From an uncultured Nitrospiraceae bacterium (GTDB lineage Bacteria > Nitrospirota > Thermodesulfovibrionia > Thermodesulfovibrionales > SM23-35), in NCBI GenBank assembly GCA_963727775.1, contig CAVSHB010000002.1, forward strand, positions 736,001 through 800,000: 64,000 nucleotides of DNA, given 5' to 3'. The notes below the pieces were generated by a model. It was not told the DNA's origin. It ran no database searches and saw only the letters and a list, made by a program, of their open reading frames with translations. Position 1 is the stretch's first letter. Each line of letters begins with the position of its first letter. The position numbers were made by a program, and so were the translations under genes. This document shows, piece by piece, positions 1 through 11,276 of this stretch.

Positions 1-446
<446 letters not shown>

Positions 447-454
447 TCGGTAGA

Positions 455-1534
455 ATGGAGGAAAAAGCAATGACAATGAATGTACGAGGTTACGCAGCAC
501 AGTCCGCCAAGGATGCCCTGGCTCCATATCGCTTTGAACGTCGCGATCCGCGGCCTGACGACGTGATTATCGAGATACTCTACTGTGGCGTATGCCACTC
601 GGATTTACACACTGTCCGCAATGACTGGGCTAGTTGGTTTCCCACTACGTACCCGGTCGTGCCTGGCCATGAAATCATCGGTCGCGTGGTAAGCGTCGGA
701 CCGGTTGTCAGCCGCTTCAAGACAAACGATCATGTCGGTGTCGGCTGTATGGTCGATTCCTGCAGGCATTGTGAGGCCTGCGAGCAGGAACAAGAACAGT
801 ATTGCGCGGAGATCGCGACATACACCTATAACCATATTGATCGCTATGATCACACGCCCACCTTTGGGGGTTATTCCGAGAAGATCGTCGTGTCGGATAA
901 ATTCGTACTGAAGATTCCCGATGGGCTGGATCTCAAAGGGGCAGCGCCATTACTATGCGCCGGGATTACTACCTGGTCGCCACTGCGTCACTGGAAAGTG
1001 GGTAAGGGCAGCAAGGTTGCGGTTATCGGCCTCGGTGGACTCGGTCATATAGCGCTGAAACTGGCGAAAGCGCTGGGCACTCATGTCACGCTCTTTACCC
1101 GTTCGTCGGGCAAAGAGAAGGACGCGCGTCGCCTGGGTGCGCACAATGTTGTCCTCTCCACCGATAAAAGTCAGATGGCGTCTATACAGGGTCAGTTCGA
1201 TCTGATTATTGATACCGTACCCTATGTTCATGATCTTAATCTGTATCTGCCGTCACTGACGATCAACGGCACGCTGGTGCTTCTCGGATATCTGGGCGAT
1301 CTAGAGCCGCTCCTGAGCTCTGTTCCGTTGGTAATGGGGCGGAGATCGGTCGCAGGGTCCGTCATCGGTGGCATTGCCGAAACCCAGGAATTGCTCGATT
1401 TCTGCGGCAAGCATGGCATCACTTCCGATGTCGAAGTGATCAAGATTCAGGATATCAATAAAGCGTATGAACGCATGTTGAAAAGCGACGTGAAATACCG
1501 CTTTGTGATCGATATGGAGTCGCTCAAAGCTTAA
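455..1534 (+). CDS. NADP-dependent zinc alcohol dehydrogenase (cinnamyl/YahK type)
   Basis: CGVCHSD, GHE, GLGGLG and DVKYRFVID motifs. Confidence 0.92.
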   Translation: MEEKAMTMNVRGYAAQSAKDALAPYRFERRDPRPDDVIIEILYCGVCHSDLHTVRNDWASWFPTTYPVVPGHEIIGRVVSVGPVVSRFKTNDHVGVGCMVDSCRHCEACEQEQEQYCAEIATYTYNHIDRYDHTPTFGGYSEKIVVSDKFVLKIPDGLDLKGAAPLLCAGITTWSPLRHWKVGKGSKVAVIGLGGLGHIALKLAKALGTHVTLFTRSSGKEKDARRLGAHNVVLSTDKSQMASIQGQFDLIIDTVPYVHDLNLYLPSLTINGTLVLLGYLGDLEPLLSSVPLVMGRRSVAGSVIGGIAETQELLDFCGKHGITSDVEVIKIQDINKAYERMLKSDVKYRFVIDMESLKA

Positions 1535-1550
1535 TGCCGAGGAGGTTGTT

Positions 1551-2375
1551 ATGAAAAGTGTCACGGTTTTAATAGGATCTGGGTCGATAGGTGTTGCAAT
1601 CGCGCGCAGAGTGAGCGCTGGAAAACACATTCTGCTTGCTGATTTAAAAAAAGAGAATGCGGACGCCGCAGCCGCAGTTTTAAGTAACGCAGGATTTGAA
1701 GTCAGCACGGCGACCGTCGATGTATCCTCGCGCGAAGCAGTTAAGAGCCTTGCTCAGAAGGCTGCAACACTCGGAGATGTGACAGGAGTCATCCACGCTG
1801 CCGGAGTTTCACCCTCGCAAGCTTCGCCGGAGGCTATTTTGTCGGTTGATGTGTATGGCACTGCGCTTGTGCTTGAGGAATTTGGAAATATCATAGCGCG
1901 CGGAGGTTCCGGTGTGGTCATTGCCTCGCAATCTGGTCATCGCCTAGGCGCTCTTACAAATGAACAAAATAAACTTCTCGCCACCACCCCAGCCGATCAG
2001 CTTTTATCGCTTCCGATGCTTCAGCCTGATCAAGTGAAGGATTCCTTACACGCTTATCAACTTTCAAAACGCGGGAACGCTTTGCGGGTGATGGCTGAAG
2101 CTGTCAGATGGGGTAAGCGCGGCGCGCGAATCAATACGATTAGTCCGGGGATTATTATCACACCACTCGCGAAAGATGAGCTAACCGGTCCTCGCGGAGA
2201 AGGTTACCGTCGCATGATTGAGCTTTGCCCCGTAGGGAGAGCGGGCACGTCTGACGAGGTTGCCAATGTCGCAGCCCTTCTCATGGGTCCTGAAGGTACG
2301 TTTATCACGGGAAGCGATTTTCTGATGGATGGTGGAGTTACGTCTTCGTATTTCTTTGGTGAGCTTGCTCTGTGA
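1551..2375 (+). CDS. Short-chain dehydrogenase/reductase
   Basis: GSGSIG, YQLSK, ISPG and ITGSDFLMDGG motifs. Confidence 0.9.
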   Translation: MKSVTVLIGSGSIGVAIARRVSAGKHILLADLKKENADAAAAVLSNAGFEVSTATVDVSSREAVKSLAQKAATLGDVTGVIHAAGVSPSQASPEAILSVDVYGTALVLEEFGNIIARGGSGVVIASQSGHRLGALTNEQNKLLATTPADQLLSLPMLQPDQVKDSLHAYQLSKRGNALRVMAEAVRWGKRGARINTISPGIIITPLAKDELTGPRGEGYRRMIELCPVGRAGTSDEVANVAALLMGPEGTFITGSDFLMDGGVTSSYFFGELAL

Positions 2376-2449
2376 GGAGCAGCCGCCGGATCGGTCTACT
2401 GCGTTACGGCGAACGCGAGTTTAAATTACAGATATGAAAAGAGGGAGGC

Positions 2450-3079
2450 ATGAAAAAGATATTTTTTGTTCTACCGATCATCGCCATATTCCTTGTATTT
2501 ATGGGTGTTCGGGTTCAAATAGATTCTGCCGCAACGGAAATCAGTCCGTCGAAGTCGGGAAAGACAAGTCAAGAGAAAGCACTACCACCTTCAGGAACCA
2601 AAAGGATTCTGGTGGCCTATTTTTCCCGCAGTGGCAACACTCGTGAAATTGCCAATCAGATTCACAAGAGCGTGGGCGGCGTTATTTTTGAAATTCAGGC
2701 CGTAAATTTCTATCCTGATGATTATGAAGAGCTTAAAAAACAAGCAAAGCAGGAGCTGGTTTCCGGATACAAACCGGCATTGAAAACAAAAGTTGAGAAT
2801 ATCAAGTCATATGATTTGGTTTTCATAGGCTACCCTATTTGGTGGGGTACGTTTCCCGCTCCGGTAAGAACTTTTTTATCGGAATACGATTTATCGGGAA
2901 AAATTATTGTACCGTTTTGCACACACGCTGGAGGCGGTCTGGGACAAAGCATTACGGATATCTCAAAACTTTGCCCAAAATCGACCTTGCTGGATGGTGT
3001 TGCCATTTGGGGAAGGGATGTGAAAGGCGCGCAAAACGAAGTATCAGGGTGGTTGCGAAAAATTAAAATCACGAAATAA
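2450..3079 (+). CDS. Flavodoxin with N-terminal signal or anchor
   Basis: YFSRSGNT, GYPIWWG and PFCTH motifs; hydrophobic N-terminus. Confidence 0.88.
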   Translation: MKKIFFVLPIIAIFLVFMGVRVQIDSAATEISPSKSGKTSQEKALPPSGTKRILVAYFSRSGNTREIANQIHKSVGGVIFEIQAVNFYPDDYEELKKQAKQELVSGYKPALKTKVENIKSYDLVFIGYPIWWGTFPAPVRTFLSEYDLSGKIIVPFCTHAGGGLGQSITDISKLCPKSTLLDGVAIWGRDVKGAQNEVSGWLRKIKITK

Positions 3080-3131
3080 GAAGATCAAATTAACAAACAA
3101 ATCGGGATTAATAATATGGAGAACGAAATAG

Positions 3132-3671
3132 ATGAGTAAAAAAGTATTAGTGTTGTCTGCCAGTCCGAGAAGGGGTGGAAATTCTGATCTACTGTGCGAA
3201 CAATTTATGAAAGGAGGGCAGCAGGCCGGACACCATACAGAAAAGATTTTTTTAAAGGATAAAAAAATCAATTACTGCAGGGGATGCGGTACCTGTCAGG
3301 GTAATGGAGGCACGTGTGTTCAGAAAGATGATATGGCTGAAGTCCTCGATAAAATGATAGATGCCGATGTGATCGTGATGGCGACACCTGTATACTTTTA
3401 TACCATGAACGCACAGATGAAGACACTGATTGACAGAACCTGCGCTCGTTATACCGAAATCAGAAATAAGGATTTTTATTTCATCGTAGCAGCTGCCGAC
3501 AGCAGCAAGCGGGCAATGGAGAGGACTTTGGAAGGATTCAGGGCATTCACATCCTGTTTGAGCCGAGCAAAAGAAAAGGGGATCATCTACGGAACCGGTG
3601 CATGGAAAATTGGAGACATTAAAGGAAGCAAGGCGATGACCCAGGCATATGAAATGGGGAAAAAAGTATAG
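3132..3671 (+). CDS. Flavodoxin-fold FMN reductase / iron-sulfur flavoprotein family
   Basis: SPRRGGNS, CxGCxxC...C and TPVYF motifs. Confidence 0.88.
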   Translation: MSKKVLVLSASPRRGGNSDLLCEQFMKGGQQAGHHTEKIFLKDKKINYCRGCGTCQGNGGTCVQKDDMAEVLDKMIDADVIVMATPVYFYTMNAQMKTLIDRTCARYTEIRNKDFYFIVAAADSSKRAMERTLEGFRAFTSCLSRAKEKGIIYGTGAWKIGDIKGSKAMTQAYEMGKKV

Positions 3672-3844
3672 AGAGGAGTATTAAGTGAGGCAAATCGCAT
3701 TACTTATAAAGAAGAAAATAGGATGGAGGAGAAGTGCGATATGTATACGCTTCTTGATCGCTCTTTTGTGTATTTACATCAGCCTGGAAGCAGGAGACCA
3801 GCAGCAGCTCCAAGAGAAAGAGAGGACCCCAACAATGGAACTTA

Positions 3845-3952
3845 ATTGAAGAAATCAAACCAGAGGATTGGGCAGAGAAGGGCTATAAGCCGGATATTAT
3901 TAACAACTCGGAGAAGCTGTACAAGAAACCAGGATATAACCCATTTGAATAG
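3845..3952 (+). pseudogene. C-terminal fragment of a PptA-like tautomerase
   Basis: Hand translation IEEIKPEDWAEKGYKPDIINNSEKLYKKPGYNPFE*; no N-terminal Met-Pro. Confidence 0.55.
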
Positions 3953-3980
3953 CACAGGAATCGACTAGATAAAAGGAAAG

Positions 3981-4313
3981 GTGATGCACATGACAAACAG
4001 TAACGAACAAAAAGCGATAGATGACTTAAAGGCTATAGCACCGGAATTTGCGAAACTTACACAAGACTTTCTTTTCGGTGATATTTGGAAACGCCCCGGA
4101 CTATCGCAGCGCGATAAAAGCTTAATTACTGTCACATGCTTAATTGCGCTGAATCGTATTGAGCAAATAGATTTTCATCTTAAAAAGGCTTTTGAAAACG
4201 GTCTCACGAAGGAAGAACTTGTGGCTGCAATTACGCATATTGCATTTTACGCCGGGTGGCCCACCGCAGCCTCTGGGTTTGTTCACTTGAAAAAAGTAAT
4301 TGATCAGCAATAA
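3981..4313 (+). CDS. Carboxymuconolactone decarboxylase family protein
   Basis: FGDIWKRPGLSQRDKSLIT and FYAGWP motifs. Confidence 0.9.
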   Translation: MMHMTNSNEQKAIDDLKAIAPEFAKLTQDFLFGDIWKRPGLSQRDKSLITVTCLIALNRIEQIDFHLKKAFENGLTKEELVAAITHIAFYAGWPTAASGFVHLKKVIDQQ

Positions 4314-4369
4314 ATTGATTGAGGAAAAAATTTGAGTTCAAAGGCCTGGTAAATTTCTAAGTCTTTAGC

Positions 4370-4402
4370 AAAGGCCACTGATTTCTCAATCAGTGGCCTT
4401 TT
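4370..4402. terminator. Probable bidirectional intrinsic terminator
   Basis: AAAGGCCACTGAT / ATCAGTGGCCTTT hairpin between convergent genes. Confidence 0.7.
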
Positions 4403-4478
4403 CGTGCAAGTGATTGATCTTACCAATGATCGCCGGCATTCTATGGCCGGATATGCTGTAGCGCACGAGACTATCGCA

Positions 4479-5282
4479 TCAGCTTAATATGATATCCACC
4501 TTTTCACCTACACCGATGTTAAAGTTTAATGATGCATTCCCTTTGTTTACAAAGAATTCAAGATAACCGAAGCTGTTTATCAAAGAATAGAGCCCCTTGT
4601 CTTCAGCTTCCGAATAAAAGTTTTTCAACGGCGCTTCTATACCTTTCACCACAATCTTCGGTTTCTTCAGTTGATTACCGCCGGAAGGGACATCTATTTT
4701 TTGGGCGGGTACGTTGGTTATGACATTCCCGAAATGGTCTATATAGATAACTTCACCCTCGATCATATTTTCGGACGAAGCCACCGGTTCGGGCATCTTC
4801 ATTGTTACGTAATCGGTGACGGGGTCTCCGAATTTCATTATATTAATTCCCTTGGACAGCCATCCGGCCACGGGTGCAAATACATCTCTGCCGTGAAAGG
4901 TCGAACTCTTACCGGGAAGGAAGTAATGCTCGGCGGTTATGTTGATAACGGTGAAGCTTTGGCTCAGGGAATAAATACGTGAAAATATACCGTTGTCGGG
5001 TCCTACAAAGTAATTGTAATCCGCGGCAACAAGGATGGGCCTGCGCGGAGAACCCACACTCGGGTCTACTACCACAACATGTATTGTATTATGAGGGAAA
5101 AATGTAAAGCTTGTTCCGATTGTGAAGGCTGCTTCGAGAATATTTTGCGGATTTATTTCATGTGTAATGTCTAAAACAACGGCCAAAGGATTTATGGAGG
5201 TTATGACGCCTTTCATTATTCCCACGAAAGGGTCTTTATAACCGAAGTCACTTGTTAATGTTATTATGGGACGATTTTCCAT
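4479..5282 (-). CDS. SAM hydroxide adenosyltransferase / chlorinase-fluorinase family (DUF62)
   Basis: TSDFG, VVVVDP, GPDNG, STFHGRDVFAP and IDHFGN motifs. Confidence 0.9.
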   Translation of the reverse strand: MENRPIITLTSDFGYKDPFVGIMKGVITSINPLAVVLDITHEINPQNILEAAFTIGTSFTFFPHNTIHVVVVDPSVGSPRRPILVAADYNYFVGPDNGIFSRIYSLSQSFTVINITAEHYFLPGKSSTFHGRDVFAPVAGWLSKGINIMKFGDPVTDYVTMKMPEPVASSENMIEGEVIYIDHFGNVITNVPAQKIDVPSGGNQLKKPKIVVKGIEAPLKNFYSEAEDKGLYSLINSFGYLEFFVNKGNASLNFNIGVGEKVDIILS

Positions 5283-6183
5283 CGAGACCGCCGATTATGT
5301 CTTTAACATAACTTATACCCTTTTTTTCTAAATATGTCCATATGCCGTTTATGATCTCCACGGTCGCAGAAGGGTTCAAGAAATTTCCGGTGCCTACCTG
5401 CACTGCGGAAGCGCCTGCAAGCATAAACTCTATCGCATCTTCAGCTTTTATAATGCCGCCTATGCCGATGACAGGAATTTTTATCGATCTTGACGCCTCC
5501 CATACCATCCTGACTGCAATAGGTCTGATAGCAGGGCCTGATAAACCTCCGGTTATGTTCGCGAGTTTCGGTTCCCACGTTTCTATATCAACGGCCATTC
5601 CGGGTATAGTATTGATCAATGATATGGCATCGCTTCCCGACTCTTCCGCAACTCTCGAAAACCCGGGGATATCGGATACACTGGGGGAAAGTTTTGTAAC
5701 CAGAACGGAATTTTTTACAGACTGTTTTACTTTTGATACAAGTTTGGCAAGCGCCTTCTTATCGGTGCCGAAGGCGATCCCTCCTTTTTTCACATTCGGG
5801 CAAGAGACATTCAACTCTACGGCATCCACACCCGCGTCATCGAGCGCTTTTGAGAGCTTTACATATTCCCCGATGGTATTGCCCAGGATGTTGACAATCA
5901 CTTTTGTGTCGAATTTTCTCAGGTAGGGCAGTTTCTCTTTCAGGAATCTTTTCAGTCCGATATTCTGAAGGCCGATTGCATTCAGCATGCCGCATGGAGT
6001 TTCACATATCCTGGGAGAAGGGTTACCCGCCATGGGCCCTAATGATATTCCTTTAACAACGACAGCGCCGAGCAGGTTCAGGTCTACAAACTCCGAATAT
6101 TCCTCGCCATACCCGAAAGTCCCGGAGGCCGTCATAACCGGGTTTTTCAGCCGTAAGTGTCCTATGTTAACAGTAAGGTCCAT
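5248..6183 (-). CDS. pyrD: Dihydroorotate dehydrogenase class 1B, catalytic subunit
   Basis: ASGTFGYG, NVSCPN and GGLSGPAI motifs; next to pyrK. Confidence 0.95.
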   Translation of the reverse strand: MDLTVNIGHLRLKNPVMTASGTFGYGEEYSEFVDLNLLGAVVVKGISLGPMAGNPSPRICETPCGMLNAIGLQNIGLKRFLKEKLPYLRKFDTKVIVNILGNTIGEYVKLSKALDDAGVDAVELNVSCPNVKKGGIAFGTDKKALAKLVSKVKQSVKNSVLVTKLSPSVSDIPGFSRVAEESGSDAISLINTIPGMAVDIETWEPKLANITGGLSGPAIRPIAVRMVWEASRSIKIPVIGIGGIIKAEDAIEFMLAGASAVQVGTGNFLNPSATVEIINGIWTYLEKKGISYVKDIIGGLDGKSSHNNINK

Positions 6184-6190
6184 ATCAAAT

Positions 6191-6300
6191 AAGGATATAA
6201 GGTTGCCCTTGAGCGGCTTTTTTCGCTGATAAGCGAAAACCTCGGAGGTCCCGAAAGCTTTCGGGACCGAGAATGAGCGAAAGGGGAAGCTTATATCCTT
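6191..6300 (+). repeat. Three-way-junction repeat, copy A
   Basis: 20-bp outer inverted repeat (18/20) around GAGCGG-hairpin-CCTCGGA-hairpin-GAGAATGAGCGA. Confidence 0.85.
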
Positions 6301-6309
6301 TATAAAAAG

Positions 6310-7086
6310 TTAATTTTCCCACACAATCTCCTCAAACGGGAAAACAGGGCCTTCCTTGCACACCCGTTTGTAGCCGCTGACTGTATTAACGGCGCATCCG
6401 AGGCATGCTCCGAACCCGCAGGCCATATTCTCTTCCAGTGACGCATATCCTCTTATATTTTTATCGGCGGCAATCTTTGACAATGCCTTAAGCATAGGCT
6501 TCGGGCCGCAGGCGTACATGACATAAGATGTATCAGCAATGGAATGAGAAGATAGAAAATCATTTACAATGCCGTCAACCATTCCTTTCTTTCCGAAGGA
6601 GCAGTCATCCGTGCAGATGAGCAGTTCATTCCCAGATTTTTCCAACTCGGCAAGCATAAGAAGTTCTTTCCTGTTCTTTGCGCCGTAGACTAAATACGCT
6701 TTTCCCGAATACGCTTCAGCCAAAGAAAAAATGGATGCTATCCCTGTACCGCCGGCAACTAATAATGGGGTCTTACCGTTTCCCGGTTTGGGGTATCCTG
6801 TGCCGAGTGGTCCGATTATGTTCACTATTCCGCCGCGTCTGAAATCCTTCATTAAGGATGTGCCTTTCCCAATTACCGTATAGATAAACTGGATTGTCTC
6901 CGATGTTCTCCTGAAATAACTGAAAGGCCTTTTCAGCAGCGGGTCGTATGTATTGCCTGTTTCTATCATATAGAACTGTCCCGGAGCGGGCTCAATTACA
7001 GGGGCCAGAGGTTCTGTTATAAGAAGATTGTTTTTGCTGTTTAAAGGGAGGTTATCGGTAATTTTTGCCTTGAAGTTTCTATTCAA
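6310..7086 (-). CDS. pyrK: Dihydroorotate dehydrogenase electron transfer subunit
   Basis: RPFS, AGGTG, CGP and MACGFGACLGC...C motifs. Confidence 0.93.
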   Translation of the reverse strand: MNRNFKAKITDNLPLNSKNNLLITEPLAPVIEPAPGQFYMIETGNTYDPLLKRPFSYFRRTSETIQFIYTVIGKGTSLMKDFRRGGIVNIIGPLGTGYPKPGNGKTPLLVAGGTGIASIFSLAEAYSGKAYLVYGAKNRKELLMLAELEKSGNELLICTDDCSFGKKGMVDGIVNDFLSSHSIADTSYVMYACGPKPMLKALSKIAADKNIRGYASLEENMACGFGACLGCAVNTVSGYKRVCKEGPVFPFEEIVWEN

Positions 7087-7555
7087 ATCTTATCTCTAAT
7101 ATCTCATACTCCAGGGTCTTCGCGGGGGCTTTAATAATAACTTCATCGCCGATCTCTTTGTTCAGTAAGGCCTTTCCGACAGGAGAGCTTATGGAAATCC
7201 TTCCGTTCTTAACATCCGCTTCGTCGGGTCCGACGAGCATGAAAATTCTTTCCTCGTTACTGTCGAGGTCAAGTACCTTGACCTTTGCCCCGAAGGCGGT
7301 CTTGCTCTGGGAAATTCTTGACGGGTCTATGACATCCGAGAGGGCAAGCTTTGTTTTCAGCTCCTGTATCTTTCCCTCTATAAAAGACTGCCTTTCCTTT
7401 GCCGCATGGTATTCCGCGTTTTCGGAAAGATCGCCGTGCGCCCTCGCTTCTGAAATGTCCTTTATATTATTCGGCCGTTCGATCTTCAGAAGCTTTTGAA
7501 GCTCATCCTGCATCTTATGATATCCGTCAGGCGTGATCGGCATTCTTTTGAGCAA
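7079..7555 (-). CDS. greA: Transcription elongation factor GreA
   Basis: HGDLSENAEY and SPVGKAL motifs. Confidence 0.95.
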   Translation of the reverse strand: MLKRMPITPDGYHKMQDELQKLLKIERPNNIKDISEARAHGDLSENAEYHAAKERQSFIEGKIQELKTKLALSDVIDPSRISQSKTAFGAKVKVLDLDSNEERIFMLVGPDEADVKNGRISISSPVGKALLNKEIGDEVIIKAPAKTLEYEILEIRFE

Positions 7556-7665
7556 ATTATTTCCCTCCCTGAATGAATTAATTTAACACTTTTATGGTAA
7601 ATTTTTCTATATTAGATATCATCACGGATGTCAACAAAATTCCAGAACAATTAAAGGAGCAAGCC

Positions 7666-9336
7666 ATGCGATTTTCGAAGATGCTTATACCGACATTGAG
7701 GGAAGTCCCTGCCGACGCAGAGGCAATAAGTCATATACTCATGTTAAGGGCTGGCTATGTGAGACAGCTTGCAGCCGGACTTTATATTTCCCTGCCGCTC
7801 GGCCTCAGGGTCACAAGGAAGATACACAGAATCTTGCGCGAAGAGATGGCCGCCATAGGCGCGCAAGAGATCACGCTGCCCGCGCTGCACCCGGCTGAGA
7901 TATGGCAGGAGACCGGAAGATGGTATGAGATCGGTGATGAGATGTTCAGGCTGAAGGACAGGTCAGGCCGTGATATGTGTCTCGGCATGACCCATGAAGA
8001 GATAATGACGTGGCTTGCCGCGAGAGAAATCCGGTCTTACAGAGACCTGCCTCAGGTCTGGTATCAGGTCCAGACAAAATTAAGGGATGAGGCCAGACCG
8101 AAGAGTGGCGTGCTCAGGACAAGAGAATTCATAATGAAAGACAGCTACAGTTTTGACGCTGACGAAGAAGGTCTCGAAAAGAACTATCAGCTCCATGCAG
8201 AAGCCTATCACAGGATCTTTTCAAGATGCGGGTTGAAGTATTACATGGTCCACTCGGATCCGGGCATGATGGGCGGCGCGACCTCTCACGAGTTTATGGC
8301 CCCGAGCGCGGCAGGTGAAGATGAAGTCGTGCTTTGCGATTCCTGCGGATATGCCGCCAATATGGAACTTGCCCTTTCGAATCCGAAGGCGATAGAAATA
8401 ATGGATTGGGAGTTGGAAGAGGTCCATACGCCCGAAAAGCGCACTGTTCAGGAGGTATCGAACTTCCTGAAGCTGAAACCCGAATATTTTATCAAGAGCC
8501 TGCTGCTTATCACGGACGACGGTCCTGTTCTTGCCCTTATGAGGGGAGATCAGGAGGCACACGAAAAAAAGCTCAACAGGATCATAGGCAGACACAGACC
8601 GGCGCAGAAGAGTGAGGTCAAGGAGATACTCGGCGTGGAGGCGGGCTTCATAGGACCTATGGACCAAAAGATCAGGATTATTGCAGATAACTCGATTAAA
8701 GAAGGCGTCTATGTAAGCGGCGCTAATAAACAACATTATCATGTGAAAGGAATAAGGCCGGACAGAGATTTTTCCGCCGAATGGCATGATATAACCCTTG
8801 CAAGAGACGGGGACTTGTGCGCGAAGTGTAATTCCCCCATAAGGATCGAAAAAGTGATCGAGATAGGCAATATCTTCAAGCTCGGCACAAAATACTCCGT
8901 CCCTTTAAATGCGCTCTATCTCGATGAGAAAGGGAGTGAGAAGCCGGTTGTCATGGGAAGTTATGGAATAGGGCCAGCAAGAATCGCTGCGGCTGCCATA
9001 GAACAAAACTACGACAAAGACGGGATCATATGGCCTAAGACCATAGCCCCTTTCGATGTTGTTATCCTGCCGTTGAATATGAATGACGCTAAGACGGTCG
9101 AGCTGGCCGAGAGATTTTACAGGGAGCTGACGGAGAAAGGTATAGAGGTCCTGATAGATGACCGTGAGGAAAGGGCGGGAGTGAAGTTCAAAGACGCTGA
9201 TCTCATAGGTATCCCGACCCAAATTATTCTTGGAGAAAAAAACCTGAAAGACGGTCTGGTGGAGATTAAGGACAGGAAGACAAAGGAAACAATAAAGATA
9301 AAGATTGAAGAAGTGGTGGAGAGAGTGAAAGCTTAA
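7666..9336 (+). CDS. proS: Proline--tRNA ligase
   Basis: MTHEE, RDEARP, EIGNIFKLG and MGSYGIG motifs; ATG 7666 follows AAGGAG. Confidence 0.96.
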   Translation: MRFSKMLIPTLREVPADAEAISHILMLRAGYVRQLAAGLYISLPLGLRVTRKIHRILREEMAAIGAQEITLPALHPAEIWQETGRWYEIGDEMFRLKDRSGRDMCLGMTHEEIMTWLAAREIRSYRDLPQVWYQVQTKLRDEARPKSGVLRTREFIMKDSYSFDADEEGLEKNYQLHAEAYHRIFSRCGLKYYMVHSDPGMMGGATSHEFMAPSAAGEDEVVLCDSCGYAANMELALSNPKAIEIMDWELEEVHTPEKRTVQEVSNFLKLKPEYFIKSLLLITDDGPVLALMRGDQEAHEKKLNRIIGRHRPAQKSEVKEILGVEAGFIGPMDQKIRIIADNSIKEGVYVSGANKQHYHVKGIRPDRDFSAEWHDITLARDGDLCAKCNSPIRIEKVIEIGNIFKLGTKYSVPLNALYLDEKGSEKPVVMGSYGIGPARIAAAAIEQNYDKDGIIWPKTIAPFDVVILPLNMNDAKTVELAERFYRELTEKGIEVLIDDREERAGVKFKDADLIGIPTQIILGEKNLKDGLVEIKDRKTKETIKIKIEEVVERVKA

Positions 9337-9389
9337 GTTTATTGACATAAGCAAATCCGGATTCTTATTTAAAAACTAACGAGGAAGAT

Positions 9390-10457
9390 ATGGAAGACAT
9401 GCAATATTGGATACTGAAAAAGGAAAAGTTTAACGACTTCATCTCAAGACTTTCTCAGATGCAGAAGCTGGTTGCTCCTGTTTCAAAGGGGTACAATAAC
9501 TTTGCATTCGAAGAAGTTACCACGGCCGCTGAGATCTCGCTCGTATATATCCCGACCGTACTGCCGCTGAAGAAATTCTTTATGCCGCAGCGTGAGACCC
9601 TACTGAAGTTTAAAACGGCCAAGGGGGCTAACGCTGAAGCCGTTGTCGAATATGAACCGATGACAATCTTCGGTGCTCACACCTGTGATCTTGCCGGTAT
9701 CCAGTGTCTCAATATGGTATTTTCCGAACGGCCGAAAGATTACAATTATCTGACGCGCAAGCACAAGATAACATTGATCGGATTGGAATGTAATGATTAT
9801 TGTGATGAATATGCGAGTTGTCATCTGGTAAATGCAAGTTTTCCCAGCGGCGGATACGACCTTTTTTTCACGGATTTGGGGGATTATTTCATCGTCCATG
9901 TCAATACCCAGACAGGAGATGACATAGTCGATGCAACCGGATTTTTTGAAAAGGCTGACGGGTCGCATATGAATGATCTGGAAAGATTGCGCGATCATAA
10001 GAGAAAAGTGTTCAATAACGAAGTCCCTATAGAAGGCAAGTATATACCGGAATTGTTCGACAGGTCTTTCAGGGCGCCGGTATGGAAAGACCTGAACGAA
10101 CGGTGCCTGGCATGCGGAAATTGCACGAATGTATGTCCGTCATGCTACTGTTTTGACATACGTGATGAGCTTGATCTGAGCCTGAAACGCGGGGTCAGGT
10201 ATCGCGTCTGGGATTCCTGTCAGCTTGAACCGTTCGCCAAAGTCGCCGGCGGCATAAATTTCAGGAAAGAGCGCTCAACAAGGCAGAGGCACAGGTATTA
10301 CCGTAAATTCAGGTATCCCGTCGACAAATTTTCGCGGTTCTTCTGCACAGGGTGCGGCAGATGCACCCGCACATGCATGGCCCGCATCAGCCTTAAAGAG
10401 ACCCTCAATGAACTGATAAAAGAGAGCGAGGACAGAGTATGGAAAAAGTGGCTTTAA
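9390..10457 (+). CDS. Group 3b hydrogenase (sulfhydrogenase) beta subunit, 4Fe-4S
   Basis: CLACGNCTNVCPSCYC and CTGCGRC motifs; first gene of a four-gene operon. Confidence 0.88.
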   Translation: MEDMQYWILKKEKFNDFISRLSQMQKLVAPVSKGYNNFAFEEVTTAAEISLVYIPTVLPLKKFFMPQRETLLKFKTAKGANAEAVVEYEPMTIFGAHTCDLAGIQCLNMVFSERPKDYNYLTRKHKITLIGLECNDYCDEYASCHLVNASFPSGGYDLFFTDLGDYFIVHVNTQTGDDIVDATGFFEKADGSHMNDLERLRDHKRKVFNNEVPIEGKYIPELFDRSFRAPVWKDLNERCLACGNCTNVCPSCYCFDIRDELDLSLKRGVRYRVWDSCQLEPFAKVAGGINFRKERSTRQRHRYYRKFRYPVDKFSRFFCTGCGRCTRTCMARISLKETLNELIKESEDRVWKKWL

Positions 10458-11275
10458 AAGATTCCAGTTATAGATTAAAAAAGGCAAAGATCCTTCATAC
10501 AAAAAAGCTGACTGCCAATGAAAAGTTTTTTGAGCTAGCGCTCAGAGACGGCAGTTCACTCGACCACGAACCGGGACAGTTTATTATGGTCTCTTTCCCC
10601 GGTATCGGAGAAGTACCCATTTCCGTCTGTTCATCTCCCGTGAAACGCGACTCCTTTGATCTCTGTGTCAGGGCTGTCGGCAAAGTCACCAGGAGTCTGC
10701 ATAAATTAAAGTCGGGAAATGAGATAGACATACGCGGACCTTACGGAAAAGGTTTCCCCATAAGGATCCTCGCTGGGAATGATTTATTGATCATCGCAGG
10801 CGGACTGGGTATCGCACCCTTGCGTTCTTTAATTACATATGTCCTCGACAACCGCCGCGATTTCGGAAAAGTCCATATTTTATTTGGCTGCAAGGAGCCA
10901 AAGGACATGCTTTTCGGAGATGAGCTTGAAGGCTGGAATAAGCGCACAGACCTCCATTATGCCTGTACGGTGGACCGTGCAGCCCCTGATTGGGCGGGCA
11001 ATGTCGGTGTAATCACAACGCTGATACCGGGTGTTGATATCGAACCGCAAAGAACGTTTGCTGCAATAGTCGGTCCTCCGGTCATGTATAACTTTGTCAT
11101 AAAAGAGCTGTTGGCCAAGGGAATTCCCGAGCGTCAGATCCTTTTGTCCTTCGAGCGCAACATGAAATGCGGCAATGGGAAATGCGGCCGCTGCCAGATC
11201 CAGAACCTCTATGTTTGCCAGGATGGGCCGGTTTTTAATTATGAACAAATCAAAAACTTGAGCGAGGCGTTTTAG
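10439..11275 (+). CDS. Group 3b hydrogenase gamma subunit (FAD/NAD(P), 2Fe-2S)
   Basis: GPYG, AGGLG, GPPVM and MKCGNGKCGRC motifs. Confidence 0.88.
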   Translation: MEKVALKDSSYRLKKAKILHTKKLTANEKFFELALRDGSSLDHEPGQFIMVSFPGIGEVPISVCSSPVKRDSFDLCVRAVGKVTRSLHKLKSGNEIDIRGPYGKGFPIRILAGNDLLIIAGGLGIAPLRSLITYVLDNRRDFGKVHILFGCKEPKDMLFGDELEGWNKRTDLHYACTVDRAAPDWAGNVGVITTLIPGVDIEPQRTFAAIVGPPVMYNFVIKELLAKGIPERQILLSFERNMKCGNGKCGRCQIQNLYVCQDGPVFNYEQIKNLSEAF

Positions 11276-11276
11276 G